64,000 nt of DNA from Phoronis australis (taxonomy: Eukaryota > Animalia > Phoronida), in assembly GCA_002633005.1 (NCBI GenBank), contig NMRA01000018.1:1561531-1625530 (forward strand). Direction: 5' to 3'. Shown piece by piece: positions 13,295-26,307 of this stretch (position 1 is its first letter; each line of letters starts with the position of its first letter). The translations under genes and the position numbers were made by a program. The notes beneath the pieces were generated by a model. It saw only the letters and a program-made list of their open reading frames with translations. It did not search any database and was not told where the DNA came from.

Positions 13295-14828
13295 GTTACG
13301 CCACGCCCATCACTTTTGAAAACTTAACGACAGAGTGGCAGAATCGTTGAGGTCATTCAGGGCCGTAGAAAATTTGACTTATTTCGGAACATGTTATCTC
13401 AGAAATTGCTCACCGGATTCCTATGAAACTTTAAGATGCTATGCTGTATGCATTCTCCTCTATTTTGTCGGAATTAGTGTTGAAATGTTCCACTTTTCAA
13501 TTGCAGAAATCAAAAAGCTTTTGTGATTTTCCTGGGAAAATCAAAAGTTGCCGAAATCGAAAATGTAACGATAATTTTGATAACTCTTTCTTCCTTTCCA
13601 AAAATGATAGAACGATGAGAAAGTGCTCTGAATAGTAACGAGTAAATACGTACGCCAATAAGAGAAAAAAAGGTTCCAGTCAAACACTTAACTAATGTTA
13701 TGTAATCAACAAGTGCCCTAGCACTGTTCATTGTATCTGTGCGGGTAGGTTTCCTTTCCCTCACGCGTCTGTCGTCAGGATAACCACACAATGCAGTAGA
13801 TGAGGTATATAAAACTTTCTTTAATATGCGCATGAACCGTTCCGCGAGACCGTTCGCCTCAGGCAGGTGGCGAAATCCAAGTAACTTGTCAAATCAGGCA
13901 ACATCAGCTCTGGAGTTCTGCGCCTTCTGCTGTCACGGGGATGGTCTGGGAAAGGGATTCATGCACCAGCATATCCTCTATGATCCTGCCCGTCACAGGT
14001 ATTACAGGAGGTATTACAGGTATTCGAGGAATTCATTGCTATTAAAAGGAAGTTAATTGTCAGATTTCACAATACGCGGAATCCCATGTTATTAAGTACT
14101 GGAGCCACTATTCTAAAAGTTGTCGATCTGATGATTTCCAAAGCTAGGTATCTGGAAAAATCATCCACGATTCGCACCCGAAGACCACACCACCAATTTG
14201 AACTTACCGCAAACCCGGAAGTACAATTCATTCAGGAACCCAGGCTAAAAAAACGCCGTCAGTGCGACTGGAGCAGTGCCTGTTACCAGCCTGCAAACGG
14301 GGATAAAATAATCGACAGCGCTCCTTAATTTTAATAAAAACAAAATACGGGCAATTTTATAGAATTTGCTGAAGAAATGTGGCGAATAAATTTTGACAGA
14401 AATTATTTTGCCGGACTCGAGACCGCAGCCTATCGGACCCGGTGCGGATCGAGACATTGGCGATCGGTAAAGGCATGCGGTTGCAAGCTGTTTTGTCGAA
14501 GTAAAAGGTTCAAATCATAAATGCCGCATACATATAAACGTAGTTTGAGACACTTGTATAAAATTACGGGCTGGTTAGTCCTGTGTCACACTGCCGAGGC
14601 AGATCTTAGCTAGCCTCTGAGCTACCAGTATGAAGACTATCGTCGAACTACAGCTTGTTAGTATGCATATACACTGTACAGCTTTGCACCAAGGCTACCC
14701 TCAGGCTTACCTGGTCCCTGGCCACAGCGCTCGCTCAAACGAGGTTTATTTAAAACCTGGGGTCTTCTGGCGAACTGTGCAAAGTTGTTGGCTTTCAACA
14801 GAGATTTGCCCAGACTTTGCACGAGCGC

Positions 14829-14848
14829 NNNNNNNNNNNNNNNNNNNN
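14829..14848. other. Assembly gap (20 N)
   Basis: Run of N next to poly-G. Confidence 1.
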
Positions 14849-16626
14849 GGGGGGGGGGGGTGCGGGCTAGAATTTTTGGGAATGTCTACTTTGTACTATA
14901 AGATTCACTGGGTGTGTTCATAGCTATGAATTTTCAGACGCTAAATTTTGGTACTTCCTGTCTTGTGTAGTGGACTTTTGTCTCATTTTCTACTTTTTTC
15001 GGAATTCGTGCTTCTGTGACTGAGGCAGACCTTTTTCCAGTTCTCCAAAAAGGGGGCTCGTTCGAGCACATAAGTATGACAAGTCCAATACAAAATGTTA
15101 TCATTTTTTATTCATTAAGCCAAAATGATTCAACCTTTTACCATAATAAGCAACTTAGAATGCACAATACTTTACAACATTTAAGCATTACAAACACTAT
15201 CCTGCAGCACAAGTTTCCATGATATGAAAGTGGACATACATGTAACTATTAAAATGGTGGCCGAAAAGTGTATCCTTACACCAGATTTGACAAACATGAT
15301 TTAAAAAAATATGAAGATGCAAGGAACAAGAATTGGAGGCTTGAAGCTTCACAATCCAACATAGCTTATTTCTCAAATTAAGATTCTTCATATTGTTAAC
15401 TTGATAACCTGAATTAAGAAAGCAAAAAGTTACAAAACATGATTTGAAAGCAATTGAGACTTAAAATTTAGAAAAATATGAATCATTTGTGACACCGAAT
15501 CAAGTCTCGAACAGCAGTTGACATTCAAACAAAAAACCACTTCAAAATTATTTCAACTATTTTTTGCTTAGAGTAAGATCACCTGAATGGGAAATTCACA
15601 GTAAAATAATTCGAATATATCTTATATTTTTTGTACAAAAACACGAAAAGTGAACACAGTTCCTTTTTAGTAGCAACGTTTGTCAAAATGTATCAACGTT
15701 AAATCTTTACAAATCACAAAGTAACAGGTTGAACATGCCTTTCAGTTCAGCAAAAGTCGCTATGTTGTCTGTGCCGCCAGAAATGAGTGCAACGAGAATT
15801 GTGAGCACATTTATCACTTAATAAGTAACAACTGCGACGCTGTAATTTGGTGAAAACTGTTAAGTCCTGCAGAATAGTAAGTAAATATATGTGTCACTAA
15901 ATTTCACCGTAAACTGTGGGCGAAAACAATTCACACAAAGTTTTAAACTCGTAACTTATCCCGCTGTCCTCCAATATGGCCGACGCGATCCAAACAAATT
16001 GACCCAAATTTCGCCACAAAATTCCAATAACGTTACACTGCTTGCCCCGATTTTGATACTTTTTCGATTTTTACTGAGTAGAATGCATTACCTTTCCGAT
16101 GATAGCAAAGTACTTTTTCAAAACGAAAAAATAACTTCAAAACGAAAAAAAATTTGGTTCGACTGATATTGGTTCCTACGTTCGACCGCCCAACATAACA
16201 GGAACTAAACACCAATGCTATTTTAACATGATAAACAAAAGCACGCGTAACATTCAAAAAAAATCAACGACCACTAACTACAAACTATAAATACACTACA
16301 CATACAAACGATTCACGAGATATTACTAATAAAACAAAATAATGAAGACTTTTCGAGCACGCGATGGCACATTCAGTTAAAAGGAAAAAATGGCCGCGTT
16401 CAGGACAAGTTCCTGAACTGACGAGTCGGAAATGTGGGTACGGAAATAACCAATGACAACCGGTAATTACATGTATACGCTCACAGGGAAGGCTCAAATA
16501 CTGTTAAAATCGCTTTTGGCAAGAAAAGTGAAAAGAATATAAAGAAAGGGTATCGAAAATAAGATTTTATTTAGTAAGTATTTTCGGATACTGGAACCAC
16601 ATTGGCATTTTGAGACAAGGACTTAA

Positions 16627-17185
16627 AGTCGTGAACGATCTTATTTCCGCTTCTGCGTGGTCCCGCGACAATGATCTAGCGTTGAAGTTCCCAGCGTTCG
16701 TCTGCTCACGAACGTCAAACGAATACCCGGACGTGTTCATATCCACAATATGAAAATAAACAGTGATGGGTGACTTCTTTTTAAAAAATGTAGCCTATCT
16801 TAAAACAGCATATTTCATTAATCCACTTTTTGTGCATTTTCAGAATATATTTTTGAAACTAAAAATCGTTCAGATTTGCCTAACACACGCTCCAGGGGTG
16901 GCTTGAGCGATGTATCAAAATGTCCCAGGGTCGATCAAGTTTTGTAAGGCCAAAGCAATAAAATACAGAAAGATAATTGATACTGGATTCTTAGCGTTTT
17001 ACGTAAACAACTTCATTGAAAATGTCTGTGCACATCAAAGTTGGGTGCAAAGGACATAATTTATTTCAATTGAAACTGAATTAATAAACAATGCAGTGCG
17101 TTTTTATGTTGTCTAGCCTGTAAGTTGTAGTTGATTTGTGTGGTCTTACTTCGTGTATTTCCGTCTAAACGAAACGGTCACGACT
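16627..17185. mobile_element. Non-autonomous TTAA-target element (Kolobok-like termini)
   Basis: TTAA|AGTCGTGAACG ... CGGTCACGACT|TTAA. Confidence 0.7.
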
Positions 17186-17605
17186 TTAAGGCCTCGTGCG
17201 AGGCAAAATAGCCGGCGATATCAAAACTCTGCTTACGGAGACAACCAAGGGTTAAGATTGGCAAAACACGTATATTTGTGTAGGCTGATATATGTCCATG
17301 ACATCACATGAGCAGTGGCTACCGGACACTGGGTAGTATAACAATCAGCTGCTTTTTATGCTTATATTCACGACTTTTGGTCAAAGGTGTCTACATGGAG
17401 CTGTCCGCAACGATAGCCGATGTGTATAAAATCCACACCATGTTCCTCTCACTGCCCAACATCAGGTATTTTCGGGATATGTAAAGGTTCTGGGGGTGGG
17501 GGTTGTTACTTGTAGCCATTTGACACTCGAATCAATCTTTTACAACAGACTCAGACAGTTCATCTATACTCGTAAATCAAACTTTGTCTCGCAACAAAGA
17601 CTTCG

Positions 17606-17696
17606 TCTTCACGAGACTCGGATGATCTTCACGAGACTCGGATGATCTTCACGAAACTCGGATGGTCTTCACGAGACTCGGATGATCTTCACGAGA
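17606..17696. repeat. 20-bp minisatellite (TCTTCACGAGACTCGGATGA) x4.5
   Basis: Directly adjacent near-identical units with no spacers. Confidence 0.9.
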
Positions 17697-17799
17697 TGGA
17701 ACATTTCAGGAATGACAACAAAGTATTAACGTGGTGTCACAGTACTAGTAATGAATTTCAGTACACCTGTCACTGTTGAAAAAACGCCTCTAGATTATT

Positions 17800-18245
17800 A
17801 GCAATCCCAGCAGCCAGTAGCTGACCGTTTTATGACCTCGTGAAAAACCGCATCGTCACGAGCAGCATCGACTACGGCGTCACATGATAGGGCTTTTCGC
17901 ATAGAATTGTCAACAACCCTTGACGTTCTCCAGAGCGACTTGCACCACAATCCTAACCCATGGTGTGCCCTTTTGGAAACAGGCAACGCTACACATAGTC
18001 AGCAGGTCTAGTTGAACCATTACTGAACTCCACAGTGAAGTCAAAGTTTTGGAACTTCAGGCACCAGTGTTGAATAAAAGCGGACGCTTTTGAACCCGGT
18101 TTGTTGAATATCGCCAAGTACCGGTTTCTGATCTGTGGCTATGGTGAAATATTTACCAAAGAGATACATTCCCAAATGACAACGCCCGAGCCAGTGCCAG
18201 CAAAGACTATAGATAGCGACTGCCAACTCCCAATAGAGCGCTTTG
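17800..18245 (-). mobile_element. Degenerate Ty3/Gypsy pol fragment (RNase H and downstream linker)
   Basis: Minus-strand peptides ELAVAIY, MYLFGKYFTIATDQKPVL and KALSCDAVVDAARDDAVFHEVIKRSATGCW resemble Gypsy RNase H (YLxGxxFxxxTDHKPL) and the following region; stops and frameshifts present. Confidence 0.6.
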
Positions 18246-18589
18246 AGCATGTCACGGACCAAGGGACATAAGCACTTACGATGAGAGGGCGCTGCACACG
18301 CAGGACAGAAAACTACCGGTTTTACGGAACGGCCGTTCCCTCGTTGCAAGATTTGGTAAAGGAATGAATCGAATTGGTTGATATTTTTGAAGTTTATTGA
18401 CTTGTAAAAATAAAATGCGTATATTGTTCTGTGCCATGCCATTTAAAACATTCACAAGATGATTTAGACATGTTATAAGTTATTAACGCCAGAAACGTCT
18501 TCAACTGATTTTCCCATGATTACACTTACAGTCGAATCAGCTTATTTTAGGCAGCAAGTAGTATTAGTGTTTGTTTAAATTCAGTACCG

Positions 18590-19995
18590 TACGAATCAGC
18601 TCATAAACATCTTTTTAAGAAGCTTAAAGCCTATGGAGTCACCGATGTGGAAGCCAAGTGGTTTCAGGATTATCTTGGTAACAGAACTCAAGCTACCCAT
18701 GTCGGCAAAGATATCTCTGATCTCAAAACCGTGTTCCCCAGGGGTCTATACTGGGGCTCTTGCTACTTTGCATCTTTGTCAGTGATCTCCCCTCAGTAAA
18801 TCGGAATTCTAAGATTGTTTTCTAAGCGGATGACACAACAATACTGTCTGCAGGCAGAACCTCATCTGAAATCCAGGCCAATCTCAACTCTGATTTAACA
18901 ATCATTTCAGATTGGCTTCTATCCAATAAACTATCCTTAAATGTTTCTAAACCTAAAACTCTTCTATTTGGCACATCCCAAAGACTTAGAAACCAAACCC
19001 TGTCATTAACTATGGATGGAAGACCAATTGAGAACGTCAATTCCTTTAAATATCTGGGACTTATATATGATCAAAATCTTACTTTCTCTCACCACGTTGA
19101 TTATATCTCGAAAAAGGTGTCTAAGAAAATTGGCGGATTGAAACGCATCAGTAAATGCGTTAAGAGAGCAACACTGAAAACCTTTTTTAATGCTATCATT
19201 CAACCTCACCTAGATTGTTGCCTCCCGGTGTGGGGTGTTGCATCAGGCAAGGATATGAAAACCATCCAGGTTATCCAAAATAGGGCTGCCCGGATTATTC
19301 TGGGAGCTGGTGTTAGAGATATTAGTATCGAAAACCATTATAAAGAGACTGGTATAATGAAAGTCACACAAGACATCAATTCCTATCTGTTTGTTGTATG
19401 TACAAATGTTTTAAAGGTCTTTTCCCATCTTACTTATGTGCTAAGTTTAAGATGACTACTAATCGCTACAATACTAGGTCCTCATCATCATCTGATTTCA
19501 ATCTTCCTAAACGCAGAAGCGAGACTGGGTAAATCATTTTCCTACAGCGGGCCCTTTTTATGGAACTCTCTCCCTGCAGATGCCAAATCTACATCATCCT
19601 TTCTAACCTTTAAAAGAATTATAAGAAATAGATTCAACTCCACGTAGTGTCTAAGAATTGCATGCTTATTTATTTGTTATTTATATAATGTCTTACTTTT
19701 ATCAATTATTTATTGTCTGTTTTGATTTTTTATATTCATATTTATATTTTTTATTTTTTAGTTAATTATCTTGTCTTAATTTCTTTATCTCTTATTTATC
19801 ATATTTTATTTTGCTTCATCAGTCTTTTCATGTTAATTTCTTATTCTTTGCTTATTACTTAAATTTGTCTTTCATTTTGTAATTCTGTTTTTGTTTTACT
19901 ATCTGTTTGTTTTTTACTGAGGGCCCCCATGGAAAGCAGTGTGAACTGATGGGGCTACCCTCATTATTGTAAATATTACATAAATAAATAAATAA
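18590..19995 (+). mobile_element. 5'-truncated CR1/L2-clade LINE (RT C-terminal half, 3' UTR and (TAAA)n tail)
   Basis: KLKAYGV..WFQDYLGNRTQ, VPQGSILG, F*ADDT, FKYLGL motifs (ORF 19012-19455); terminal GGGCCCCCATGGAAAGCAG...GGGGCTACCCTC followed by (TAAA)n. Confidence 0.85.
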
Positions 19996-21498
19996 GTACA
20001 AGTATTAACCAACAAAAATGAATTTTTAACAATATTACACACAGCTTTGAGAGGGCCAAAGGCTCACTGACTGTCAAAAACTTGCTGTCACTAGTACAGT
20101 GTACATGTATCATAGGCCAAAAGTACATTGTAGGGCAACTTCTAAATATATTGATGATTATGCAAAATTGGTTCGATACATGGCCCTCTTGGGTGCGCCC
20201 ATGCTGTCAATTAATATAGGAACTGAAATGTGTTGTGTTGGTGACCATCCAAAAAGTTAAATTGAATTTAAAAAATATTCTGTACTATTTTAATGAAAAT
20301 ATTTCACCAATTTGGGCCACTTTATGTAATTTAGAGAAGTTTTGACTGGTTCTGATTAATACATTTGACCAATCAAGTTTGAGTTCAGTTGGAACCCTGG
20401 AAAGGTCAACATGGTTCTTGAAAAAAATGACAGAATTTACCTTTTTTGGAAGTGTTCCTCAATGGAAAAGGAGAGATATAGTAAAACAATTGATGGGGAA
20501 TGGATTAGGATATTATTAGTGATTGTGACATTGAGTGTACAGTTGCCCATTTGATTATCTGGGACGCACCTGGCACCTTCGACCCACGGGATGTTGAGCG
20601 ACAGCAAACGGCAATTACCGTAAAAAAAAGGATGGTGCAGCCTAGTGGAAAGTCCAAAACAGTGACTTAAAGCTGGAAGTGAAAGTTGCGAGAGAGACGC
20701 ACTTGAGTTGCAGTGAAAAGAATCACCAGTTACAGCGTTAGTCAATAGAGAGCAAGCTATGGAGGCAACAGGTTATTGAATCAACGAGAGTAACAGTTGC
20801 TGAAAGTGTCTCAGAAATTCGTCACAAGTCAAGGTTTCGCAGCACTGGCTGGATCGTAGAAAAGACATTATGTCGGACATTTTTGAATAGGCTTGTGAAC
20901 GTACGGTTGATATTAATGAAGTGATTAATTAGAACTAGTTCTCAGTATATCGTCACACCGAAAGCTATTAGCATCAGTCGGTAACAACCTGTGCCTACAC
21001 ACGGGGAAAAACGTGACACCTGGCCATATAGGCCATCATGACCAGCTGGAGTTGGGTGGGAAAGGAAGCAATGTTGACCTGCCCACAGCTAGGGTACGTC
21101 CGTCAAGTTGACATGATGGGCGGTGCTAAGTGGGGTTTATGCTATCTTCGCGGTCCCCGGCAACAATGTATCCTTGGTTCAGCTCATGAAATGGCCCGCC
21201 GTGACAACTCAATATTTTTAGCCTGACCAAAATACATCCATTTTTGAAACGCTAAGTAGTCTAAATCAAAAGTTGCTTTTACGGCGCAGTTTCAATAATT
21301 TCTAAATTAAAATGAAAACACAGTTCTAAGATCTACCGCAAGTACACACCCGGCAATGACGGTGACTGTGGTGAAATTCACATGGTCTCAATCAAAAGTT
21401 TTATTCCTGTACCTTGCGCTAGTTGCCACTTTGTAACAAATACCAACATTCGGCATGTGTGCTTAATTCTAGTAACTGGGTTCTATTTTTTCTCCCAG

Positions 21499-21662
21499 AT
21501 ACTGTCATCGATAGCAGAAAGCGTTCTATATTCTACGGATACCCAGAGCTGGTGATGTGCGCTACAGGCATAAACCATTTTTAAAGGCCATAAGTACTTC
21601 GACTACGGCTGTTTCTGCGGTAGAGGCAGTGTTGGATCTACTCCTGTTGATGGACTCGATAG
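21499..21662 (+). pseudogene. sPLA2 copy B exon 2 (propeptide, N-terminal helix, Ca-loop), frameshifted
   Basis: tctcccAG|..DTVIDSRKR SIFYGYPELVMCATGIN /+1/ IFKGHKYFDYGCFCGRGSVGSTPVDGLDR|GTaaaa. Confidence 0.9.
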
Positions 21663-22686
21663 GTAAAATTTTTTTCAGGAATTCTGAGCATCCGCCGACC
21701 GACTCTTCGTAAAATACACAACACGATCTTTTGGTATACATACTGTAAGCTATACAGTAGCCTGACGTCTTCTCGTATAACGCAGACGGGCGCTTTGTTG
21801 TTAAAGTGAATCTAAACACACAATGAAAAACTTTGTTTCCGTCATGTGTTACGTGCCAGTTTTATCATTGCAACTTCTAGCCGTTTACAATACTTATATA
21901 AATCTTATCCCCTGAGTCAAAACTCATTCCAATTCTGCGCTCTCACTATTCATTGAGCCATGTTCCAACTCATTTCAATTCACTCCCATCCCCACAAAAA
22001 GTGTCGTTTTTGCGCATCTTTCGGCTCATGCACCAAAACTCGCGCAGAAGTTGAACTAACGGGAAGTGTGATTACGAGGGAACATGACAGTGGAGGAATA
22101 TCGAAGGGGTATCATCACTGACGCTAGGGGTTCATCTTTTGAGGAGCAGTTGGATTGGATAATGTAGAAGCTGGGTCTTTAGGGGCGAGCCCCTTTTTCC
22201 GTCAGTGTTGGAACTATACAATTCTCATAGTTTTATTTTCTTTAAACCAAACTCAAATTAGCATTGCAATGAATATTATCAATGATTGACTGCGGGTTTG
22301 TTTGAAAGGTAGCTATGCTTTTAGATTGTGTGCAGCTGGAGAGAATGATTAAATACAGTAATTCATTTCTTATATGATAACCATTAATTAGACAAGTGAA
22401 ACTGTTGCTAAGTATTGAGCTACAAAGAAGAGGAACTACGCTAGCGCCCTCTTTAAAGATTACTTCAATCAATGAACCAAAATAATCAAATGTCTTATCC
22501 GCTATCCAAGCTAGGACTCTCCACTCGTTGCATGACTGTCCTGTTGGTGAAACTTCGAACTACACACAATGTATTGCTGGTCACAGTCTCTGGTGAAGCA
22601 ACCCTTTCAGGCTGTTTCTTCTACCCACGATTCTTCTTGCTGGTCACAGTCTCTGGTGACTCAAGACTTTACACAGTATCTTACTA

Positions 22687-23732
22687 TGATAGCAGGTAGC
22701 AGCATATATTAATAAAAACAACCACCATCATCAGAATAGAGAATATAGTGGCCACTTAGCTAGGCCCAGCAACAGGCAATGAAGCACAGATACAGTCAGT
22801 TACAGGGAGTGACAAAAACTGGACCAACAATGACAACCTGTGGTGTGCCAATTGCCTATTGAGATTGGGCTTGCACCAACTGATGTGTAGAGCCTCACGA
22901 ATTTTAAGCTCCTTTGTTGTTTCTCCCTGGTCTATTATTGCAAAGTCATTGAAAGAGCACTGCTGATAACAATGATTGGAGCTCTGTAGGTGAATATTTA
23001 CATGTGAACTTCTGTCATAGCTTAGATGTTCCCTGGTCCTGATTTTCAAATGGCGAAGAGTTTCACCTATATAATTGGAGCCACATCCAGCACAGATATA
23101 TTTGTACACTACCCTGGACCGTAGACCCATAGGAATTTTGTCCTTGGGGTTAAATAAATACGACAGTTTTAATAACTTGAATGTTAATACAACTCTTAAG
23201 TTAAAACAGTAATCATTCACCAATTTGCTGATTTTTCGTTCAGCAATCTTGGCGTAAAACCCATCATAGGGTACTTTAAAGTACTTGTGGTTAGTTTTGT
23301 CTACAGGATGAATATCACCAGGGTTAACGTTGGAGTCTTGATTTCAGTACCCTATTGACTAATTCTAGGGGATAGCCATTCTTTTGCAAATTTGTTGTAA
23401 GTTCTTTAATATTAGAATCAAATCTAGCTCAAGTGTTGCTAATGCGATATACCCTATCTATTAGAGTTTTAATGAGACCTACTTTATAAACAAAGGATGA
23501 GGCTCTAAGCATCTAGTGCAAGCCCAATCTCAATAGGCAACTGGCACACCACAGGTTGTCATTGTTGGTATAGTTTGTTGTCACTCCCTATAACTGACTG
23601 TATCTCTGCTTCACTACTTGTTGTTGGGCCTAGCAAGGTGGCCACTATATTCTCTCTTTTGATCATGGTGTTTGAATAATAACACCGAAACATTTCAAGT
23701 CGGTTTAAAACCGTGGTTGTTTTCATTAATTT
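22687..23732 (-). mobile_element. Penelope-like retroelement fragment: GIY-YIG endonuclease with an inverted copy of its 3' end
   Basis: ORF 22756-23223 contains VVYKYICAGCGSNYIGETLRHLKIRTREH (GIY-YIG); 23508-23730 is an inverted copy of 22705-22893; TSD TATCTTACTA at 22677-22686 and 23733-23742; empty site near 51196-51206 in copy C. Confidence 0.9.
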
Positions 23733-24997
23733 TATCTTACTACCCACGATGCAAGTGACAAGCTTTTAGTTAATTTCCTGTTCGTTAACCTTTGCCCTTG
23801 CCAAGATCCTCTCTAGTATCTTCCACGATATGGTTCTGTTATACAATTGCCTCTGTACACTGTAGCAAGTCTTAATGCTTCGACTACTATAGCACATCCA
23901 AATATCTTCTTGATTCTAGCCTTTATTATATTATTCTACTTATTTAGCGATTGGCTAATAAAAACCACATGATCTTATCTAATCATATCATTGGCTGTTA
24001 CAATTTGCTCTCAGAAATTTCTAGAATCTCTAGAGTGCTTTGACCCCAGAACCAAAGTAGTAAACACCATTAAAAAATAGATTTTGACGTTAAAGTACAT
24101 GTCAACAGGTTTGACCCCATGATCTAAAAGTACATACAATGTATGCACAAATTTTGGGCAACTTAAAATGGATCTATTCTAACTAATTACTTAATCAATA
24201 TTTATTCTGACAAATACAAACATTTAAAATTTGATCATAATCTTTCGGACGGTCGAAACCACAACAAGTGTCAGTTCCTGTATTATTTGACAAAACAGTG
24301 AAAGTTACTATTCTTTTTAAATTAAAGTGATTACTTTCACACTTTACCAAATACTGCAAATCTTGTATTCATGTACTGCAATTTGTTGAAAGGTTCTTAA
24401 CTGACGACATTCTCAGTTTAGCACTACATTTCTATCTTCTACTTTATAAACATCATTTAATTGTTTGAAATAGTAGTTCCACATTCCAACACTAGGTGAC
24501 AACCAGGCTTGAGTAAAAATTTGCATTTTAATGTGAAAAAACAAAAAACTGCGTGTCTTTATGGCTTTTTACAGCCTTAGGAAACGCTATTTGTAGTATC
24601 GCACCGTACTGACATCAACTCGACTCGGTTAAATTTGGGAGACGCATCTTCAACTTTTGGCTCAAAAATGTATTTTAATGGATATTGGATTTTGATTGGT
24701 ATAATTTTGAAAGAAGAATTAGTCCTTTTTGGTCCTAATATATGATGGGAATGCTTTCACACCAAATGATTTCTGTCTCCAAAGTAAATACATATAATGG
24801 GACGTGCACTTTTACGAGAAGTTCAGTGTATAAACTTCAAGTAATCGGTCTAAATACAAAGGGTTTTACTACGTGTGCATTGACAGATGTATGATGTGTT
24901 TCAAATAATTCACATGCTATCTCACTCATTGACCCTTTTCCGACTATTTGTCATTTCTCCGGCGTTGTCTTTATCATGTTTTTCAAATATGTTATAG

Positions 24998-25131
24998 ATG
25001 CTGCTACGTTCATGACCAGTGCTATGATAGAATCGTCCACAACAAGATTTGCGGATTCAATGGAGACGCCACTGGCTTGTACTTCACGAGATATCACTTC
25101 AGTTAATGCCACAATCGCAAGGTTACGTGCA
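24998..25131 (+). pseudogene. sPLA2 copy B exon 3 (catalytic His-Asp), with in-frame stop
   Basis: tatAG|RCCYVHDQCYDRIVHNKICGFNGDATGLYFTRYHFS*CHNRKVTC|GTaag. Confidence 0.9.
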
Positions 25132-25774
25132 GTAAGTTGTACATTTATTCATCCGTGCCATCTAGTGAATGTACATCTTGAGATATCATTTCAGTCGATG
25201 CGCTAATCGCAAGCTAACGTGCATTACGTTGTATATATACATCTGTTCACTACTGCCATCTCGTGGCTCTACACCACGAGACCTCACTAATTGCAAGTTG
25301 TGTTGTACACCAACATGTATCCTGCAGGGCCATCACTTTACCAATGTCATCGTTTGTTACCGAGTTGGTCTACTCGTAGATGTGCGTTACATTAGAAACT
25401 CGAAGACTCGTACAGCAGCCGTGTGTTCTTCGTAGATTTAAACACAGATCGCGAACTACAGAATCCTTCGATTTCAAGAACACTGGTGTATAAGGGCAAT
25501 TACCGCACTAACGACGACTTCAAGACAAAATATTCAGACTGAAATAAATTAAACTATCCTGGACTAAACTGGTGATTTTTCTATCTTCCGGATTTTTGAA
25601 ATTTAATTCCTGTAAAAATTAATGTTTAAATTGTTTTTCTTCCAAAAAAGTGCGATAAATAGTAGCCCAAAGTGAAGTCATCGTTTCTTTTTTTGACCAA
25701 AGGACATAACGGCGGCATGTAACTAGTTTATGACAAATGATACGAGGACGCTTCACAATAGACAAAGTTATTAT

Positions 25775-25930
25775 CAGGGCCCAGTTGCATAAAATTTATA
25801 CGCCGTATAGCAACAATGACGTCGCATTATCACGTGTCACGTTGTTATTGTTGAACAATGCACGTGACGTCACGCAACAATCAAACTTATCCAGCGGATA
25901 ACTTTTGAAGCTTTATGGAACCCAGCCCTG
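25775..25930. mobile_element. Harbinger-like MITE
   Basis: CAGGGCCCAGTTGCATAAA ... TTTATGGAACCCAGCCCTG imperfect TIR; absent from the copy C intron near 60880. Confidence 0.6.
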
Positions 25931-26116
25931 ATCTTGGAAACCGCTTTCGTCTGGAGTTGAAACTGTGCGAAGATATTCGTTTTACAGCAGGAAAATGATC
26001 GAAATCAAGAGTTATACCATTTTACCAGTGACCGGACGTGTGACATTTGATAAAACTGTGCCAGGATGAATGCTAGACACAATACATATTGATATTATCA
26101 CCCGCGTCTTTTTCAG

Positions 26117-26286
26117 CCGAGATGACGGACTACCCGAAGAAATGGTGGCAACCGTGGTATTGGGGAAAGTTTCCCACTGAGTGTCGAGTGGCAAAGTGCA
26201 AATGTGACTTGGAGTCGGCTGAATGCTTTGCCCAAAACCCTGTAAATCCGAAATATCAGAATTATGATGTGAAGAAGTGCAAATGA
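26117..26286 (+). pseudogene. sPLA2 copy B exon 4
   Basis: ttttcAG|(T)EMTDYPKKWWQPWYWGKFPTECRVAKCKCDLESAECFAQNPVNPKYQNYDVKKCK-TGA. Confidence 0.9.
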
Positions 26287-26307
26287 ACGCCAAAAGCGTG
26301 TTGCACG

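Larger units (their letters stand above)
11735..26286 (+). pseudogene. Secreted phospholipase A2 copy B, pseudogene (exons 11735-11870, 21499-21662, 24998-25131, 26117-26286)
   Basis: Four exons homologous to copy C with the same intron phases (1,2,1); exon 2 is 164 nt vs 163 (extra C near 21576, giving TAA at 21582); exon 3 has TAA at 25104-25106 where copy C has GAA; hAT insertion 21 nt after the stop. Confidence 0.9.

Noticed and set aside
17606-17696. Short direct repeats as a possible CRISPR array
   Set aside because: Units are contiguous with no unique spacers, there are no cas genes, and the context is eukaryotic
21562-21819. Minus-strand ORF conserved with 45426-45674
   Set aside because: Conservation is explained by being antisense to sPLA2 exon 2 in duplicated units
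25104-25106. Stop-codon readthrough or selenocysteine recoding in copy B
   Set aside because: The codon is TAA, not TGA, it replaces Glu, and an upstream frameshift already destroys the frame
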